A stretch of 60,028 nt of DNA. It comes from Parcubacteria group bacterium (lineage in GTDB: Bacteria; Patescibacteriota; Minisyncoccia; 2-02-FULL-40-12; IGHO2-01-FULL-4-A). The notes below the pieces were generated by a model. It was not told where the DNA came from and did not search any database. It saw only the letters and a program-made list of their open reading frames with translations. The stretch covers positions 1 through 60,028 of the forward strand of contig JBDRCU010000038.1 of assembly GCA_043821485.1 (NCBI GenBank), given 5' to 3'. Of the stretch, positions 19,267-28,649 are shown piece by piece. The translations under genes and the position numbers were made by a program. Position 1 is the first letter of the stretch; every line of letters starts with the position of its first letter.

Positions 19267-19402
19267 AGATAATGTTATAAATTTCGTACTTCTGGTGTGC
19301 GGTAATATACCATTTAATCCAAACTTTTGCCATAAAAGACCGAAGTCCCATCCGCTGTTTGAAGTTTATCCAAGTTGTGCGGATGGGACCATAGGTACGC
19401 AT
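19247..19402 (-). CDS. Small basic hypothetical protein (51 aa)
   Basis: Within ORF 19247..19516; AAGGAG SD before ATG 19402, right after the lipoprotein stop. Confidence 0.45.
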   Translation of the reverse strand: MRTYGPIRTTWINFKQRMGLRSFMAKVWIKWYITAHQKYEIYNIIYAIIRP

Positions 19403-19413
19403 AGCCGTCTCCT

Positions 19414-19941
19414 TCACGGCTGTGGCGCGAGCCACTGAAAGGCACCGTTGATGGCCTTGGCTAAGGCTTCCTTCCCATCGATCTCGCAGGAATGGGTGAA
19501 GGCCTTCACGTTGCAATCAGCAGATGTGATGGTAGCCTTGCCCTTCTTCGAGACAGTGAATTCTCCGAGCTGGCAGGGCCAGGAACCTTGGAGTACCCTG
19601 CTCTCGTTAAGGAAGACGATGACCATGGCGGCGGTGTAGCACTCGATACTCCCCTTTGCGTCGACGAGAGTCACTACATCTACCCCTATGGTTACGTCAT
19701 AATCTTCCCCGAGTCTAGCTGGGTGAGCTCCCAAGGAAATCACCATCTTCCTGACCAGGTCGTGAGCCGTATCTCCCACCAGAACATCCTTTTTGTTGAA
19801 TTTCACGTTGATCGAGACAGGATGTCCTTTGAGGTCTACTGCCCAGACCGAAGGTCCGGAGAGGGGCCCCTTGGGCGTCGGTTGCTGGCAACTGCAACTT
19901 GCGATTGCCAGCGACAGGAAAATTGCGACCACGTTTCTCAT
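19414..19941 (-). CDS. Putative lipoprotein, GC-richer orphan
   Basis: Signal MRNVVAIFLSLAIASC with lipobox-like IAS-C; AGGAG SD; TTGACT(19993)-17-TATCGT promoter. Confidence 0.7.
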   Translation of the reverse strand: MRNVVAIFLSLAIASCSCQQPTPKGPLSGPSVWAVDLKGHPVSINVKFNKKDVLVGDTAHDLVRKMVISLGAHPARLGEDYDVTIGVDVVTLVDAKGSIECYTAAMVIVFLNESRVLQGSWPCQLGEFTVSKKGKATITSADCNVKAFTHSCEIDGKEALAKAINGAFQWLAPQP

Positions 19942-19997
19942 GATCCACTCCTTTCGTGATTCACACGATACCCTGTTTTTATCAAAAAGTCAAACAG

Positions 19998-21005
19998 TTA
20001 TCTTTTTGCAACTATGTTCTTCTTGTAGTTTTCCAAATTATCCAAAACAACTCCTGTGCCTCGTGCTACGCAAAGAATAGGATCTTCAGCAATATGCGCG
20101 GACACGCCTGTAATATTAGTAATTAAAGTGTCTATATTTTTTAATAATGCTCCTCCTCCCGATATTGTTATCCCCCGTTCCATAATATCTGAACATAATT
20201 CTGGCGGAGTCTCTTGCAATACATTGCGAACTGTCTGAACTATTTCTTTAAGTTCTTCTTGAATGGCTTCTGTAATTTCATTTGAACCAAGTTCTATGGT
20301 TTTAGGATAGCCGGTAGTTAAATCACGCCCCCTTACATTAATACGTTCTTCCGTAGATTGCCTTACTGCGCTTCCAATTGCTATTTTAATGAGTTCTGCA
20401 GAACGTTCGCCTATTGCAAGACCGTGTTTTTTCTTTACATATTCAACTATTGACTGGTCAATCTTATTACCTCCTACTCTTGCAGAAGACCAGCTTACAA
20501 TTCCGCCAAGACTTATTACCGCGACATCAGAAGTGCCCCCTCCAATATTCAAAATCATATTTCCTACAGGACTGTTAACGGGGATCTTCGCTCCAATGGC
20601 TGCAAGCACGGGTTCCTTAACCAAGTATGCATATTTAGCACCGGCATTTATTGTTGCTTCAATGACTGCGCGTCTTTCAGTAGAAGTGATCCCTGCAGGG
20701 ACTGACACTAATATATCAGGACGATAAATACCAAAATTTCCTAATGACTTTTTTATAAAATATTTAAGCATTGCTTCGGTTACTCTGTAGTCTGCAATAG
20801 CACCATCTTTCAAGGGACGCGAAACTATAATACTGTCTGGGGCTCGTCCTATCATGTCTTTTGCTTCATTTCCAACAGCAATAATCTTATTATCAACTAT
20901 GGAGATAGCCACAACAGAGGGCTCATTAATTACAAGCCCCTTCTTGGGGATAAAAACGATAGTATTGGTTGTGCCTAAATCAATGCCGATCTTCTTAACA
21001 AACAT
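19998..21005 (-). CDS. mreB: Rod shape-determining actin homologue MreB/Mbl
   Basis: IGIDLGTTNT, NEPSVVA, IGGGTS, SGGGALL. Confidence 0.93.
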   Translation of the reverse strand: MFVKKIGIDLGTTNTIVFIPKKGLVINEPSVVAISIVDNKIIAVGNEAKDMIGRAPDSIIVSRPLKDGAIADYRVTEAMLKYFIKKSLGNFGIYRPDILVSVPAGITSTERRAVIEATINAGAKYAYLVKEPVLAAIGAKIPVNSPVGNMILNIGGGTSDVAVISLGGIVSWSSARVGGNKIDQSIVEYVKKKHGLAIGERSAELIKIAIGSAVRQSTEERINVRGRDLTTGYPKTIELGSNEITEAIQEELKEIVQTVRNVLQETPPELCSDIMERGITISGGGALLKNIDTLITNITGVSAHIAEDPILCVARGTGVVLDNLENYKKNIVAKR

Positions 21006-21037
21006 GGAAGAAGTATACTATTTACTATAGAGAAATC

Positions 21038-21063
21038 AAATAGAGGCCTTTCGGCCTCTATTT
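21038..21063 (-). terminator. Intrinsic terminator of the ribosomal protein/alpha operon
   Basis: AAATAGAGGCC-GAAA-GGCCTCTATTT perfect stem after the rpsI stop. Confidence 0.8.
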
Positions 21064-21066
21064 ATG

Positions 21067-21621
21067 CTATCGTTTACTCCATTGAGGAGCCTTACGAGCC
21101 TTTTTGAGGCCATATTTACGACGTTCCTTGACTCGCGCATCGCGTGTTAAGTAAGATGCCTTTTTGAGTTTCTTTGCAAAGTTAGGATCAAATAAGACAA
21201 GAGCTCTGCTCAATCCGAGCTTAATTGCATCTGCCTGTCCTGTTGATCCGCCTCCGCGTACATGTGCTGTTGCCTTGAATCGATTAAGTGATTTTAATTT
21301 CTTTAAGGGGGACTCTACTATCTCTTGCAGATTTTCAGCTTCGAAATACTCAAAATACGGCACATCATTAACTATTATGATGGCTCTATCTTCTCCTGGC
21401 AGTTCATCTGTAGATTTTTTTGTAAAAACACGAACACGGGCAGTAGCTTCTTTTCTGCGTCCTATGGCTTCATAATATTTCTCCGGACCAGACCTCTTAT
21501 CATCTCCAGTCTCTTCTTCAGCCTTTTCTTCAGTCTCTTCAACTTTAACTTCAGGCTTTTCTTCAACCTCAAGTTTTCCCTCAACTCCTGTTTCTGTGTT
21601 TTTTACTTCGTCTTTTGTCAT
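21067..21621 (-). CDS. rpsI: 30S ribosomal protein S9 with acidic N-terminal extension
   Basis: GRRKEATARV, GGGSTGQA, RDARVKERRKYGLKKARKAPQWSKR. Confidence 0.96.
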   Translation of the reverse strand: MTKDEVKNTETGVEGKLEVEEKPEVKVEETEEKAEEETGDDKRSGPEKYYEAIGRRKEATARVRVFTKKSTDELPGEDRAIIIVNDVPYFEYFEAENLQEIVESPLKKLKSLNRFKATAHVRGGGSTGQADAIKLGLSRALVLFDPNFAKKLKKASYLTRDARVKERRKYGLKKARKAPQWSKR

Positions 21622-21959
21622 TTGATTATTAAATTCTTAATTATTTCATCGCGTATTTTATTAGGTGCAAGCATTTTATACACTGCAGTACGAAGCACCC
21701 AAGCCGGGTCATCACGAAACTTATCTTTTAACTTCCGTTCTCTCATTCCTCCAGGATAACCAGAATAATGATAATACTTCTTCTGCTCTAGCTTATTTCC
21801 AGAGAATTTAACCTTTGCTATATTTTCAACTATAACTTGCTCACGCGGCATTTTGTACGGTTGATAATCAGGCCTTATCTTGCCTCGTAAAACAATGGCT
21901 ATTCTTGATGCCAAACGTCCCAATGCTTTGCCTGTTGCGTCTATAGTATGTGTATTCAT
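21618..21959 (-). CDS. rplM: 50S ribosomal protein L13 (short form)
   Basis: IDATGKALGRLASRIA..LRGK; HSGYPGG-like YSGYPGG. Confidence 0.95.
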   Translation of the reverse strand: MNTHTIDATGKALGRLASRIAIVLRGKIRPDYQPYKMPREQVIVENIAKVKFSGNKLEQKKYYHYSGYPGGMRERKLKDKFRDDPAWVLRTAVYKMLAPNKIRDEIIKNLIIK

Positions 21960-22312
21960 TAGTCTTTTAAAAATTCAATTATTGCCATTTTAGCCCCATC
22001 GCTTAATCTCGGTGCCAGATGACGAATCCTTGTATATCCCCCTGGACGATTCATAAATCTGGGACTAAGTTCTTTTATTATTTTTGCTGCCGACTTCTTA
22101 TCCAGTTTAGCAATTAGATTACGAGTTATTGCTAATGTAGCTTTTTTGCCTTTAGTTATCATCTTTTCAACGATAGGTCGCAAGCCTTTTGCTTTTGCCA
22201 GGGTTGTAGTGATTTTCTCTTTTTCAATTAATGCAACTACCAAAGACTTCATTAGAGCAACTCTTTGCTTTGTGGGTCTACCGAATTTCTTTTTTCCTTT
22301 ACCATGTTGCAT
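21959..22312 (-). CDS. rplQ: 50S ribosomal protein L17
   Basis: ITTTLAKAK; RPGGYTRI..L.PR..DGA.MA.IE. Confidence 0.95.
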   Translation of the reverse strand: MQHGKGKKKFGRPTKQRVALMKSLVVALIEKEKITTTLAKAKGLRPIVEKMITKGKKATLAITRNLIAKLDKKSAAKIIKELSPRFMNRPGGYTRIRHLAPRLSDGAKMAIIEFLKD

Positions 22313-22313
22313 A

Positions 22314-23075
22314 TTATTTCTTTTTTGAATCTTTATCCTTAATTTCCTCTGACTCCTCTGCCTTTATCTTTTCTTCTATCTCACTTGAACCATCATCAAC
22401 GATTCTATTCATTGTTTGAAAATGTTCAATCAGGATATCGTTTGCTCTTTTGAATGCATCCTCAGGACTTATACTTCCATCTGTTGAGATTTCAAGCAAT
22501 ACCTTATTGTAATCAGTTCTTTGACCAACACGCATATTCTCTACTGTAAAGTTCACGACCTGTATTGGCGAAAATATTGCATCAATTGCGATTTCTCCTA
22601 CTGTAAGTTTTTCCTTCTGTCTTTGTTCAACAGGAACATAGCCTACGCCACGTTCTATAATAAGTTCTAATTCTAATTCGCCTTTCTTGTCGGTTATCGT
22701 TGCGATCTTTTGATTTTGGTTTATGATTTCTATATCAGCTGTGGTCTTGATATCCTTAGCTGTAACTTCTTTCTGCCCTTTAACGCTTAATGCCAAAGTA
22801 ATAGGCTCATCCTTAAACATTTTAAACCTTACCTTTTTGAGATTCATTATGATAACCGCCACATCTTCAAGGACATTCGGAATTGTAGTAAATTCATGAT
22901 CAACACCTTTCATCTTTACTGAAACAATTGCTGAACCCTCTATTGAGGATACCAACACTCTTCTTAGAACATTTCCTATTGTAGTACCATACCCAGGATA
23001 AAGCGGAGCTATTTCAAAAACAGCTCGATTGTCTTCTTGCGGAACGACTCTTGAATTGATTGGATACTGTATCAT
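22314..23075 (-). CDS. rpoA: RNA polymerase alpha subunit, N-terminal domain only (253 aa)
   Basis: PLYPGYGTTIGNVLRRVL.SS, DAIFSPI..VNF.VEN.RVGQRTDY; operon position. Confidence 0.93.
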   Translation of the reverse strand: MIQYPINSRVVPQEDNRAVFEIAPLYPGYGTTIGNVLRRVLVSSIEGSAIVSVKMKGVDHEFTTIPNVLEDVAVIIMNLKKVRFKMFKDEPITLALSVKGQKEVTAKDIKTTADIEIINQNQKIATITDKKGELELELIIERGVGYVPVEQRQKEKLTVGEIAIDAIFSPIQVVNFTVENMRVGQRTDYNKVLLEISTDGSISPEDAFKRANDILIEHFQTMNRIVDDGSSEIEEKIKAEESEEIKDKDSKKK

Positions 23076-23149
23076 GTTTCTAATAACGATGTTTTATTCC
23101 CTAGCTGACGATTCCTATACAAAATCGCGATCTAGACAATCCTACATGG

Positions 23150-23785
23150 CTATCGTGAATAAAATTCGATGACAGCTTGTATATCGCTGACATCAAGCCC
23201 ACTGTCCTCAATCGTTGGAATACCAGTTATCTCCGCCCTAAGCGCAACATTGTCCAGCGCTATCCATCGGGGTGGCTGATATTTTTGAATCCATTGAGGG
23301 ACTTGAGTGGTAAAATATGGGGACTTCCTGCTTCCTTCACGTACTTCAATCACATCATCTTTCTTTGTTGAATATGATGGAATTCCGACTTTCTTGCCAT
23401 TTACTGTAATGTGTCCGTGATTAACTAACTGCCTTGCCTGATCTCGCGATTGTGCGATTCCAGCACGATATACAATATTATCTAAACGATGTTCAAGCTT
23501 GGACATAATTGCATTTGATGTTTCTTTTTTGTTCTTCATTGCTTCGCGAATCCAATTTTTAAATTGTCTCTCAAGCATTCTATAGGTTTCCTTAACGCGC
23601 TGTTTGGACTGCAATTGGCGTCCATATTCAGACATACGCATATTTGGCCGCTTTCCATGAACTCCGGGAGGATACATACGGCGTACTGTCGCTGATTTAG
23701 GCGAACTTGAACGCTCTCCTTTTAAGAAAAGTTTTTTTCCTAATCTTCGTTCTCTTTTTTCTTTTGGTCCTGTATAACGTGCCAT
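23150..23785 (-). CDS. rpsD: 30S ribosomal protein S4
   Basis: MARYTGP, SEYG.QL..KQ, LE.RLDNIVYR, ARQLV.HGH. Confidence 0.97.
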   Translation of the reverse strand: MARYTGPKEKRERRLGKKLFLKGERSSSPKSATVRRMYPPGVHGKRPNMRMSEYGRQLQSKQRVKETYRMLERQFKNWIREAMKNKKETSNAIMSKLEHRLDNIVYRAGIAQSRDQARQLVNHGHITVNGKKVGIPSYSTKKDDVIEVREGSRKSPYFTTQVPQWIQKYQPPRWIALDNVALRAEITGIPTIEDSGLDVSDIQAVIEFYSR

Positions 23786-23791
23786 AATATA

Positions 23792-24232
23792 TTAGACTCT
23801 TCTTGGTTTAGGGGCTCGTACTCCATTATGTGCTTGCGGGGTATTATCGACTATGGACATGACGTCCAGTCCACTGCTTGCAATGCCTCGGATTGCACCT
23901 TCACGACCCGGGCCTACGCCTTTAATAACAAGCTTTACTTCTTTGAGTCCAAATCGTTCAGCCTTTTCAATTGCGTCTTTGGCAACCAGCGTTGCAGCAT
24001 ATGGAGTAGACTTCTTAGTTCCCTTGAACCCTATACTTCCTGCTGAAGACCAGGTAACAACTTCTCCTTTGGTATCTGTTATTGAAACAATCGTATTATT
24101 GTATGTAGAAAATACAGTTATAATGCCTGTTGCCATTTGGCGTTTTGTGGTTTTGCGAGGACGTACGGCTCCACGTGATTTATTGCCCCCAGACCTTTCT
24201 CCTGATTTTGTTGCTATTCTTTTCTTACCCAT
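23792..24232 (-). CDS. rpsK: 30S ribosomal protein S11
   Basis: STYNNTIVSITD, GFKGTKKSTPYAA, HNG.R.PK.RRV; ATG 24232. Confidence 0.96.
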   Translation of the reverse strand: MGKKRIATKSGERSGGNKSRGAVRPRKTTKRQMATGIITVFSTYNNTIVSITDTKGEVVTWSSAGSIGFKGTKKSTPYAATLVAKDAIEKAERFGLKEVKLVIKGVGPGREGAIRGIASSGLDVMSIVDNTPQAHNGVRAPKPRRV

Positions 24233-24233
24233 A

Positions 24234-24620
24234 TTATGTTTTTTGTGCTGTTGATTTACGGCCAGAGCCCATGGTTTTTCGTACATTGCCTCGAATTGTT
24301 CGCGAATTAACTCTTGTTCTTCCATGTATAGGCAATCTGCGAGTATGCCTTGAGCCCCTCCATGTACCTATCTCTTTTAATCTCTTCACATTATCTGCTA
24401 CTTTTCTGCGAAGATCTCCCTCTGTCATGTAGTTCTTTTCTAAAATATTCTGGATCTTACTTACCTCTTCAGAGGTTAAATCTTTTGCTCTTTTATCCTC
24501 GTCTATGCTTGCTGACTTTAAAACGATTCGAGAAGTCGTTAAACCCACGCCGAATACATAGGTTAGGGCATAAGCTATTTTTTTATTGTCTGGAATGGCT
24601 ATTCCTGAAATACGAGGCAT
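24234..24620 (-). CDS. rpsM: 30S ribosomal protein S13
   Basis: MPRISGI.IP.NK, EGDLRR, RH.RRLP..GRTR.N.RT. Confidence 0.96.
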   Translation of the reverse strand: MPRISGIAIPDNKKIAYALTYVFGVGLTTSRIVLKSASIDEDKRAKDLTSEEVSKIQNILEKNYMTEGDLRRKVADNVKRLKEIGTWRGSRHTRRLPIHGRTRVNSRTIRGNVRKTMGSGRKSTAQKT

Positions 24621-24628
24621 ATTATTTA

Positions 24629-24742
24629 TTAACCTTGTCTTTGTTTATGTTTAGGATTTTCACATGTGCAAATCAGCTTGCCTTTTCGGCGTACTATTTT
24701 GCACTTATCACAAATCTTTTTTACGGATGCTCTTACTTTCAT
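24629..24742 (-). CDS. rpmJ: 50S ribosomal protein L36 (37 aa, Zn-ribbon type)
   Basis: Manual translation [37 protein letters not shown]; below ORF-track cutoff. Confidence 0.96.
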   Translation of the reverse strand: MKVRASVKKICDKCKIVRRKGKLICTCENPKHKQRQG

Positions 24743-24750
24743 TTTAATCC

Positions 24751-24966
24751 TTATTTCTTATCTCTAAATATTATACGTCCCTTGTCTCCGTCTGGACTAA
24801 GCTCAACTGTTACATTATCTCCTATAATTACACGTATGTAATGAACTCTCATTTTGCCTGCTAGATAAGCCAAAATTTCTCGGCCATCCTCAAGCCTCAC
24901 TTTGAATTTTGTGTCGGGAAGAGTTTCTATAACCTCACCCTCGACTTTTATCTTTTCTTCTGCCAA
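24751..24966 (-). CDS. infA: Translation initiation factor IF-1 (TTG start)
   Basis: EGEVIETLP...GKMR..YIR...GD.V.VELSP...KGRI.FR. Confidence 0.96.
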   Translation of the reverse strand: MAEEKIKVEGEVIETLPDTKFKVRLEDGREILAYLAGKMRVHYIRVIIGDNVTVELSPDGDKGRIIFRDKK

Positions 24967-25043
24967 ATTCTATATACATTGGTCAAAAAAACGACTCCGT
25001 CCTAAGACGAAGCTTCTCGCCAATCTGACCTCTGTGATGAAAG

Positions 25044-25072
25044 ATTCTAACAAAATACGCATTAAGAGTCAA
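25044..25072 (-). promoter_or_regulatory. Promoter of infA-alpha operon, TTGACT-17-TAGAAT with extended TG
   Basis: Consensus elements at 25067-25072 and 25044-25049. Confidence 0.6.
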
Positions 25073-27017
25073 GTTCTATACGTATTTCAACGTCTTCTGG
25101 ATTGTCCGGTATGCTATGCACCAGCCATTTTGGGGATAAAACCACACGTACAGATGTAACCCCCTCCATACTGCCAAAATATCCATTAATCTCCTCTTCG
25201 TCCATGCCTAATATGTCATTTTTAATGACCTCTATATCCATATTCGTTATTGCCTTGCCTAATACCTGCACAGAAAAACTCAAAACATCCCCCTCAATAC
25301 TTATCTGCGGATCTGTATATGTAAGGGCTAGAGTATCTGCCAATACTGCTAAATCTCCAGTATCTGACACGTATTGCTCTATTAATTTAATAACATCAGC
25401 TTCTTGGAATGCTATTACCTTTCCTGTGCCTGATATTTTCATATCTAATGCATCTATGGCTTCCCCTATCTCAACATCTGTTTCTGGTTTACTTATTGTA
25501 ATCCCCATTGAGTCGAGCGTCTTAAGACCGGCAGAGGTGCTTTGAATCTCTTGCGTGATTTCATCTCTTAACTTCTGCGTAAGCTCCTCCTCGGCTCCAT
25601 TGTAGTCTTCGCTTGTTACTGTGTCTGCCAATCCAATGATTCCTCCTGACATAGCTTCTTGAGAAGTTGCATAAAATTGATCAAAACGAGGAGTTCCTTC
25701 AAACCCTGGTATAGTAAATCTTCCGGGTTCAATATTATAGTTATCCCCAGGCTTATCTGCAAAAATCGTTACGGTTACTGTTCCAGCTTCTATTTCTCCT
25801 CCGACAAGCGTGCCTGCTGGGACTGTTACGGTTTCAGGGATTCTAAAAATCAATCCATCCGATGACTCAAATCTTGTTGTGGCAACTAATCTTTGTTCAG
25901 ATGTCGTCTCATTAAATACGGTTATAGTACCGCGAGCTTTCTGTGCAACTTCCTGGTCACCGCTAACACTAAAAGTTCCTTCAACTGTTTTATCAATTAT
26001 GAATTGTTGTCCCGGTATTTTATTAAAATCGTAATCAATCTCATTGATTCCATTTGACGCAGACAAATTCAAAGTAAAGTTCAAATCCTGTTGCCGAGGA
26101 CTCATTATTACAGTTGCCTTATGGAAGGTAAAATAGAGTATTGCTACGAGTAGTACTATCGCTATTAGCAAAATTATCAAAGGTGTTTTAGAAAAGATTT
26201 TACCGAAAAATCCAGAAAACAATTTTAATTTCTTCGACTTGCCATATTCGCCGTTAATCAATCCTTCTGATTTTTGACGTTTCTCTTCTTCTGACCAAAG
26301 TTTAGCTATCTCCACGTCTTCCTTGTCACCTTTTTTCTTTTTTTCTTTTCCCCTTTTTTTACCATAAAGATCTTCAAGCATCTCATCTCTATTACTTGTT
26401 TCGTGAGCTACTTCTTCCTCCTCGTCCTCTTCTGTCTCTATATCTTCTGTTCCTATATCTTCGTCTTCTTCCTCCTCTGGCTCTTCTTCCTCTTCTTTTT
26501 GTTTATAACCCTTAACTCTGACTTCCGATTTTGTATCAGGAGCTATTATATCCCTTATCAAGCGCTTGCCAGGATCTTCCTCTGTGTCCTCGTCTTCTTC
26601 ATCTTCCTCTTCGTCTTCTTTTTCATAATCAACACTTGCGAGTTCTGCTTTTGGCTCTTCTTCCTCCTCCTCTTCGTTTTCTTCTGTGTCCTCCTCATCA
26701 CCTTTGTCGTCTAAGTCATCTTCAAATTTTTCATCGGAGGTTAATATAGTTCTTGCGGGTTTCTTCTCTTCCAAAATATTAAAATCACATTCCATTGCAA
26801 GCCGTACTATGGCTGGATCCTGCGACATTATGCTTATCTTTTTATTAAGTTCAAGAGACTCCGCACTTAAGGCTTTAAAATATGCAGCACGCGTAGCAAA
26901 AGCAGTCCCTTTGGGAAATAGAAAAATCACCTCTTGAGCATCTGAGCTTTGAAAAAGATCAAAAATTTCGTCAAAAGTATCTCCCTTTTGAACGTTAATA
27001 ATTTTAGTATTAGGCAT
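25062..27017 (-). CDS. Single-pass membrane protein with long Asp/Glu tract and C-terminal baseplate-J-like region
   Basis: 651-aa ORF; acidic low-complexity stretch, one TM, then A.G.ITVFN...ATTRF...GL.F...A..PG..YNI pattern that I recall from baseplate-J-like CPR proteins. Confidence 0.6.
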   Translation of the reverse strand: MPNTKIINVQKGDTFDEIFDLFQSSDAQEVIFLFPKGTAFATRAAYFKALSAESLELNKKISIMSQDPAIVRLAMECDFNILEEKKPARTILTSDEKFEDDLDDKGDEEDTEENEEEEEEEPKAELASVDYEKEDEEEDEEDEDTEEDPGKRLIRDIIAPDTKSEVRVKGYKQKEEEEEPEEEEDEDIGTEDIETEEDEEEEVAHETSNRDEMLEDLYGKKRGKEKKKKGDKEDVEIAKLWSEEEKRQKSEGLINGEYGKSKKLKLFSGFFGKIFSKTPLIILLIAIVLLVAILYFTFHKATVIMSPRQQDLNFTLNLSASNGINEIDYDFNKIPGQQFIIDKTVEGTFSVSGDQEVAQKARGTITVFNETTSEQRLVATTRFESSDGLIFRIPETVTVPAGTLVGGEIEAGTVTVTIFADKPGDNYNIEPGRFTIPGFEGTPRFDQFYATSQEAMSGGIIGLADTVTSEDYNGAEEELTQKLRDEITQEIQSTSAGLKTLDSMGITISKPETDVEIGEAIDALDMKISGTGKVIAFQEADVIKLIEQYVSDTGDLAVLADTLALTYTDPQISIEGDVLSFSVQVLGKAITNMDIEVIKNDILGMDEEEINGYFGSMEGVTSVRVVLSPKWLVHSIPDNPEDVEIRIELDS

Positions 27018-27101
27018 AGTGATAATGTCCGCATTTATTATAACATACGCGACTTAATTAAATATCAACAAACTGCTTTCTGTACATGGTATAATGGATA
27101 T

Positions 27102-28049
27102 ATGTTGAAATGGCTCAAACATTATTTTATTCCTCACAGGCATAACAATCATAAGCCTCATTTATTGCATTCTAAAACAACTACTTTTCTAATCGGCTTA
27201 GTGCTTGCCATAGAATGTGTATTTTTGTTAACTTCTTTTCTTATTATTCCAAATTCCGGTTTCTTCGCAGCAATCATACCTAATATTTTAGTCAGTTCAG
27301 CAAACGATTCTAGGACAGAGTATGATCTTGGAAAACTAGAAATCAACGACGTACTCGTACAAGCTGCGGAAATGAAAGCCAACGACATGGTAACAAAGGG
27401 ATACTTTGCCCATGTAAGTCCGGAAGGTAAGTCACCGTGGTACTGGCTTGGTCAGGCAGATTACAAGTATATCCTTGCAGGTGAAAATCTTGCTGTTAAT
27501 TTTGTTGATTCGCATGATGTTCATACTGCATGGATGGATTCTCCTTCGCATAAGGACAACATTCTTAACAAGACTTTTACAGAAATAGGGATAGCAACAG
27601 CACAAGGCACGTATCAAGGCCAAGATGCTATATTTGTCGTTCAATACTTTGGTAAACCAGCAGCGACCAGAGTCGCCGTAGTTGAGGATGTTGAAGATAT
27701 TAGACCCAATCTGGATCAGTCTGCTTCACCCGAACCTGCAGAGAGAGTATCCGTGAAAACACCAAAACCGATTGAAACTAATGCAGTAGTTATTGCTGGT
27801 CAAACAGATAAAGCAAACAATACACCAAATATCGCCAATAAGATCCTTTCTCAACCCCATAGGCTAGTATCCGGGGCCTTTCTTTTTGTAACACTAGGCG
27901 TGCTATTTGCCCTTGGGACAACAATTGTAGTCCGAATTGAACGCCATCATGCAGTACCGCTTCTCAACGGCATCCTTGTCGTACTTGTAATAGGATCCAT
28001 GGTTCTGGTTAATGAATTCTTAAGTACTATACAATTAGCGATCTTGTAG
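27102..28049 (+). CDS. CAP (SCP) domain membrane protein
   Basis: AAEMKANDM...YFAH.SP.G, AGENLA, AWMDSPSH..NIL...FTEIG; ATG 27102. Confidence 0.88.
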   Translation: MLKWLKHYFIPHRHNNHKPHLLHSKTTTFLIGLVLAIECVFLLTSFLIIPNSGFFAAIIPNILVSSANDSRTEYDLGKLEINDVLVQAAEMKANDMVTKGYFAHVSPEGKSPWYWLGQADYKYILAGENLAVNFVDSHDVHTAWMDSPSHKDNILNKTFTEIGIATAQGTYQGQDAIFVVQYFGKPAATRVAVVEDVEDIRPNLDQSASPEPAERVSVKTPKPIETNAVVIAGQTDKANNTPNIANKILSQPHRLVSGAFLFVTLGVLFALGTTIVVRIERHHAVPLLNGILVVLVIGSMVLVNEFLSTIQLAIL

Positions 28050-28640
28050 AACATCCTGCAGATCAGTTTGGATTCTCTCTGCTATAACTACAAGCCTTTG
28101 AGCTGTTGAAAAAAGCGGAGCGCAAGTGACCAGTGTAATCTGGTCTTTTTTTGTTGAATCTAATATTGATAAATCCGTAGGTTCAATTATCTTTATCTCG
28201 CTTATCTCATATTCATACATCTCCCCCGCCCAAGTTATTGTTATCCTGTCTCCATTTATTACTTTATCAAGATTATAGAAAGTATTACTTAAAGGGGGTC
28301 GATACTTGAATCTATGCCCGAATATTACAGAATTCGCTCCTTTGTCGGGCGTTGATGTTCCTGGGAACACCCAACCCCCATCTTTCAATACAGAGGCGTC
28401 TTCGCTTTCAAAAATAGGCATATCAACACCGATTTTAGAAATTTTTAATCTACTGGTCTTATCCTCGGGCGCCAAAGATCCCTCGCTTCTGCTCACTCTG
28501 CTCGATGCTACAGAGTTTAAGAAACTAAAATCCGCACTTGTATAAAACGGGACAAAGGGAAAAGTAAGGCCGACTGCTCCGATAACGACTAATACAACTC
28601 CCAAAACTATGAGTTTTATATTTCGATATCCAGTCATCAA
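28035..28640 (-). CDS. Sortase
   Basis: N-terminal TM, GHR, catalytic TLVTC...R motif. Confidence 0.9.
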   Translation of the reverse strand: MMTGYRNIKLIVLGVVLVVIGAVGLTFPFVPFYTSADFSFLNSVASSRVSRSEGSLAPEDKTSRLKISKIGVDMPIFESEDASVLKDGGWVFPGTSTPDKGANSVIFGHRFKYRPPLSNTFYNLDKVINGDRITITWAGEMYEYEISEIKIIEPTDLSILDSTKKDQITLVTCAPLFSTAQRLVVIAERIQTDLQDVLQDR

Positions 28641-28649
28641 ATTTAAATG

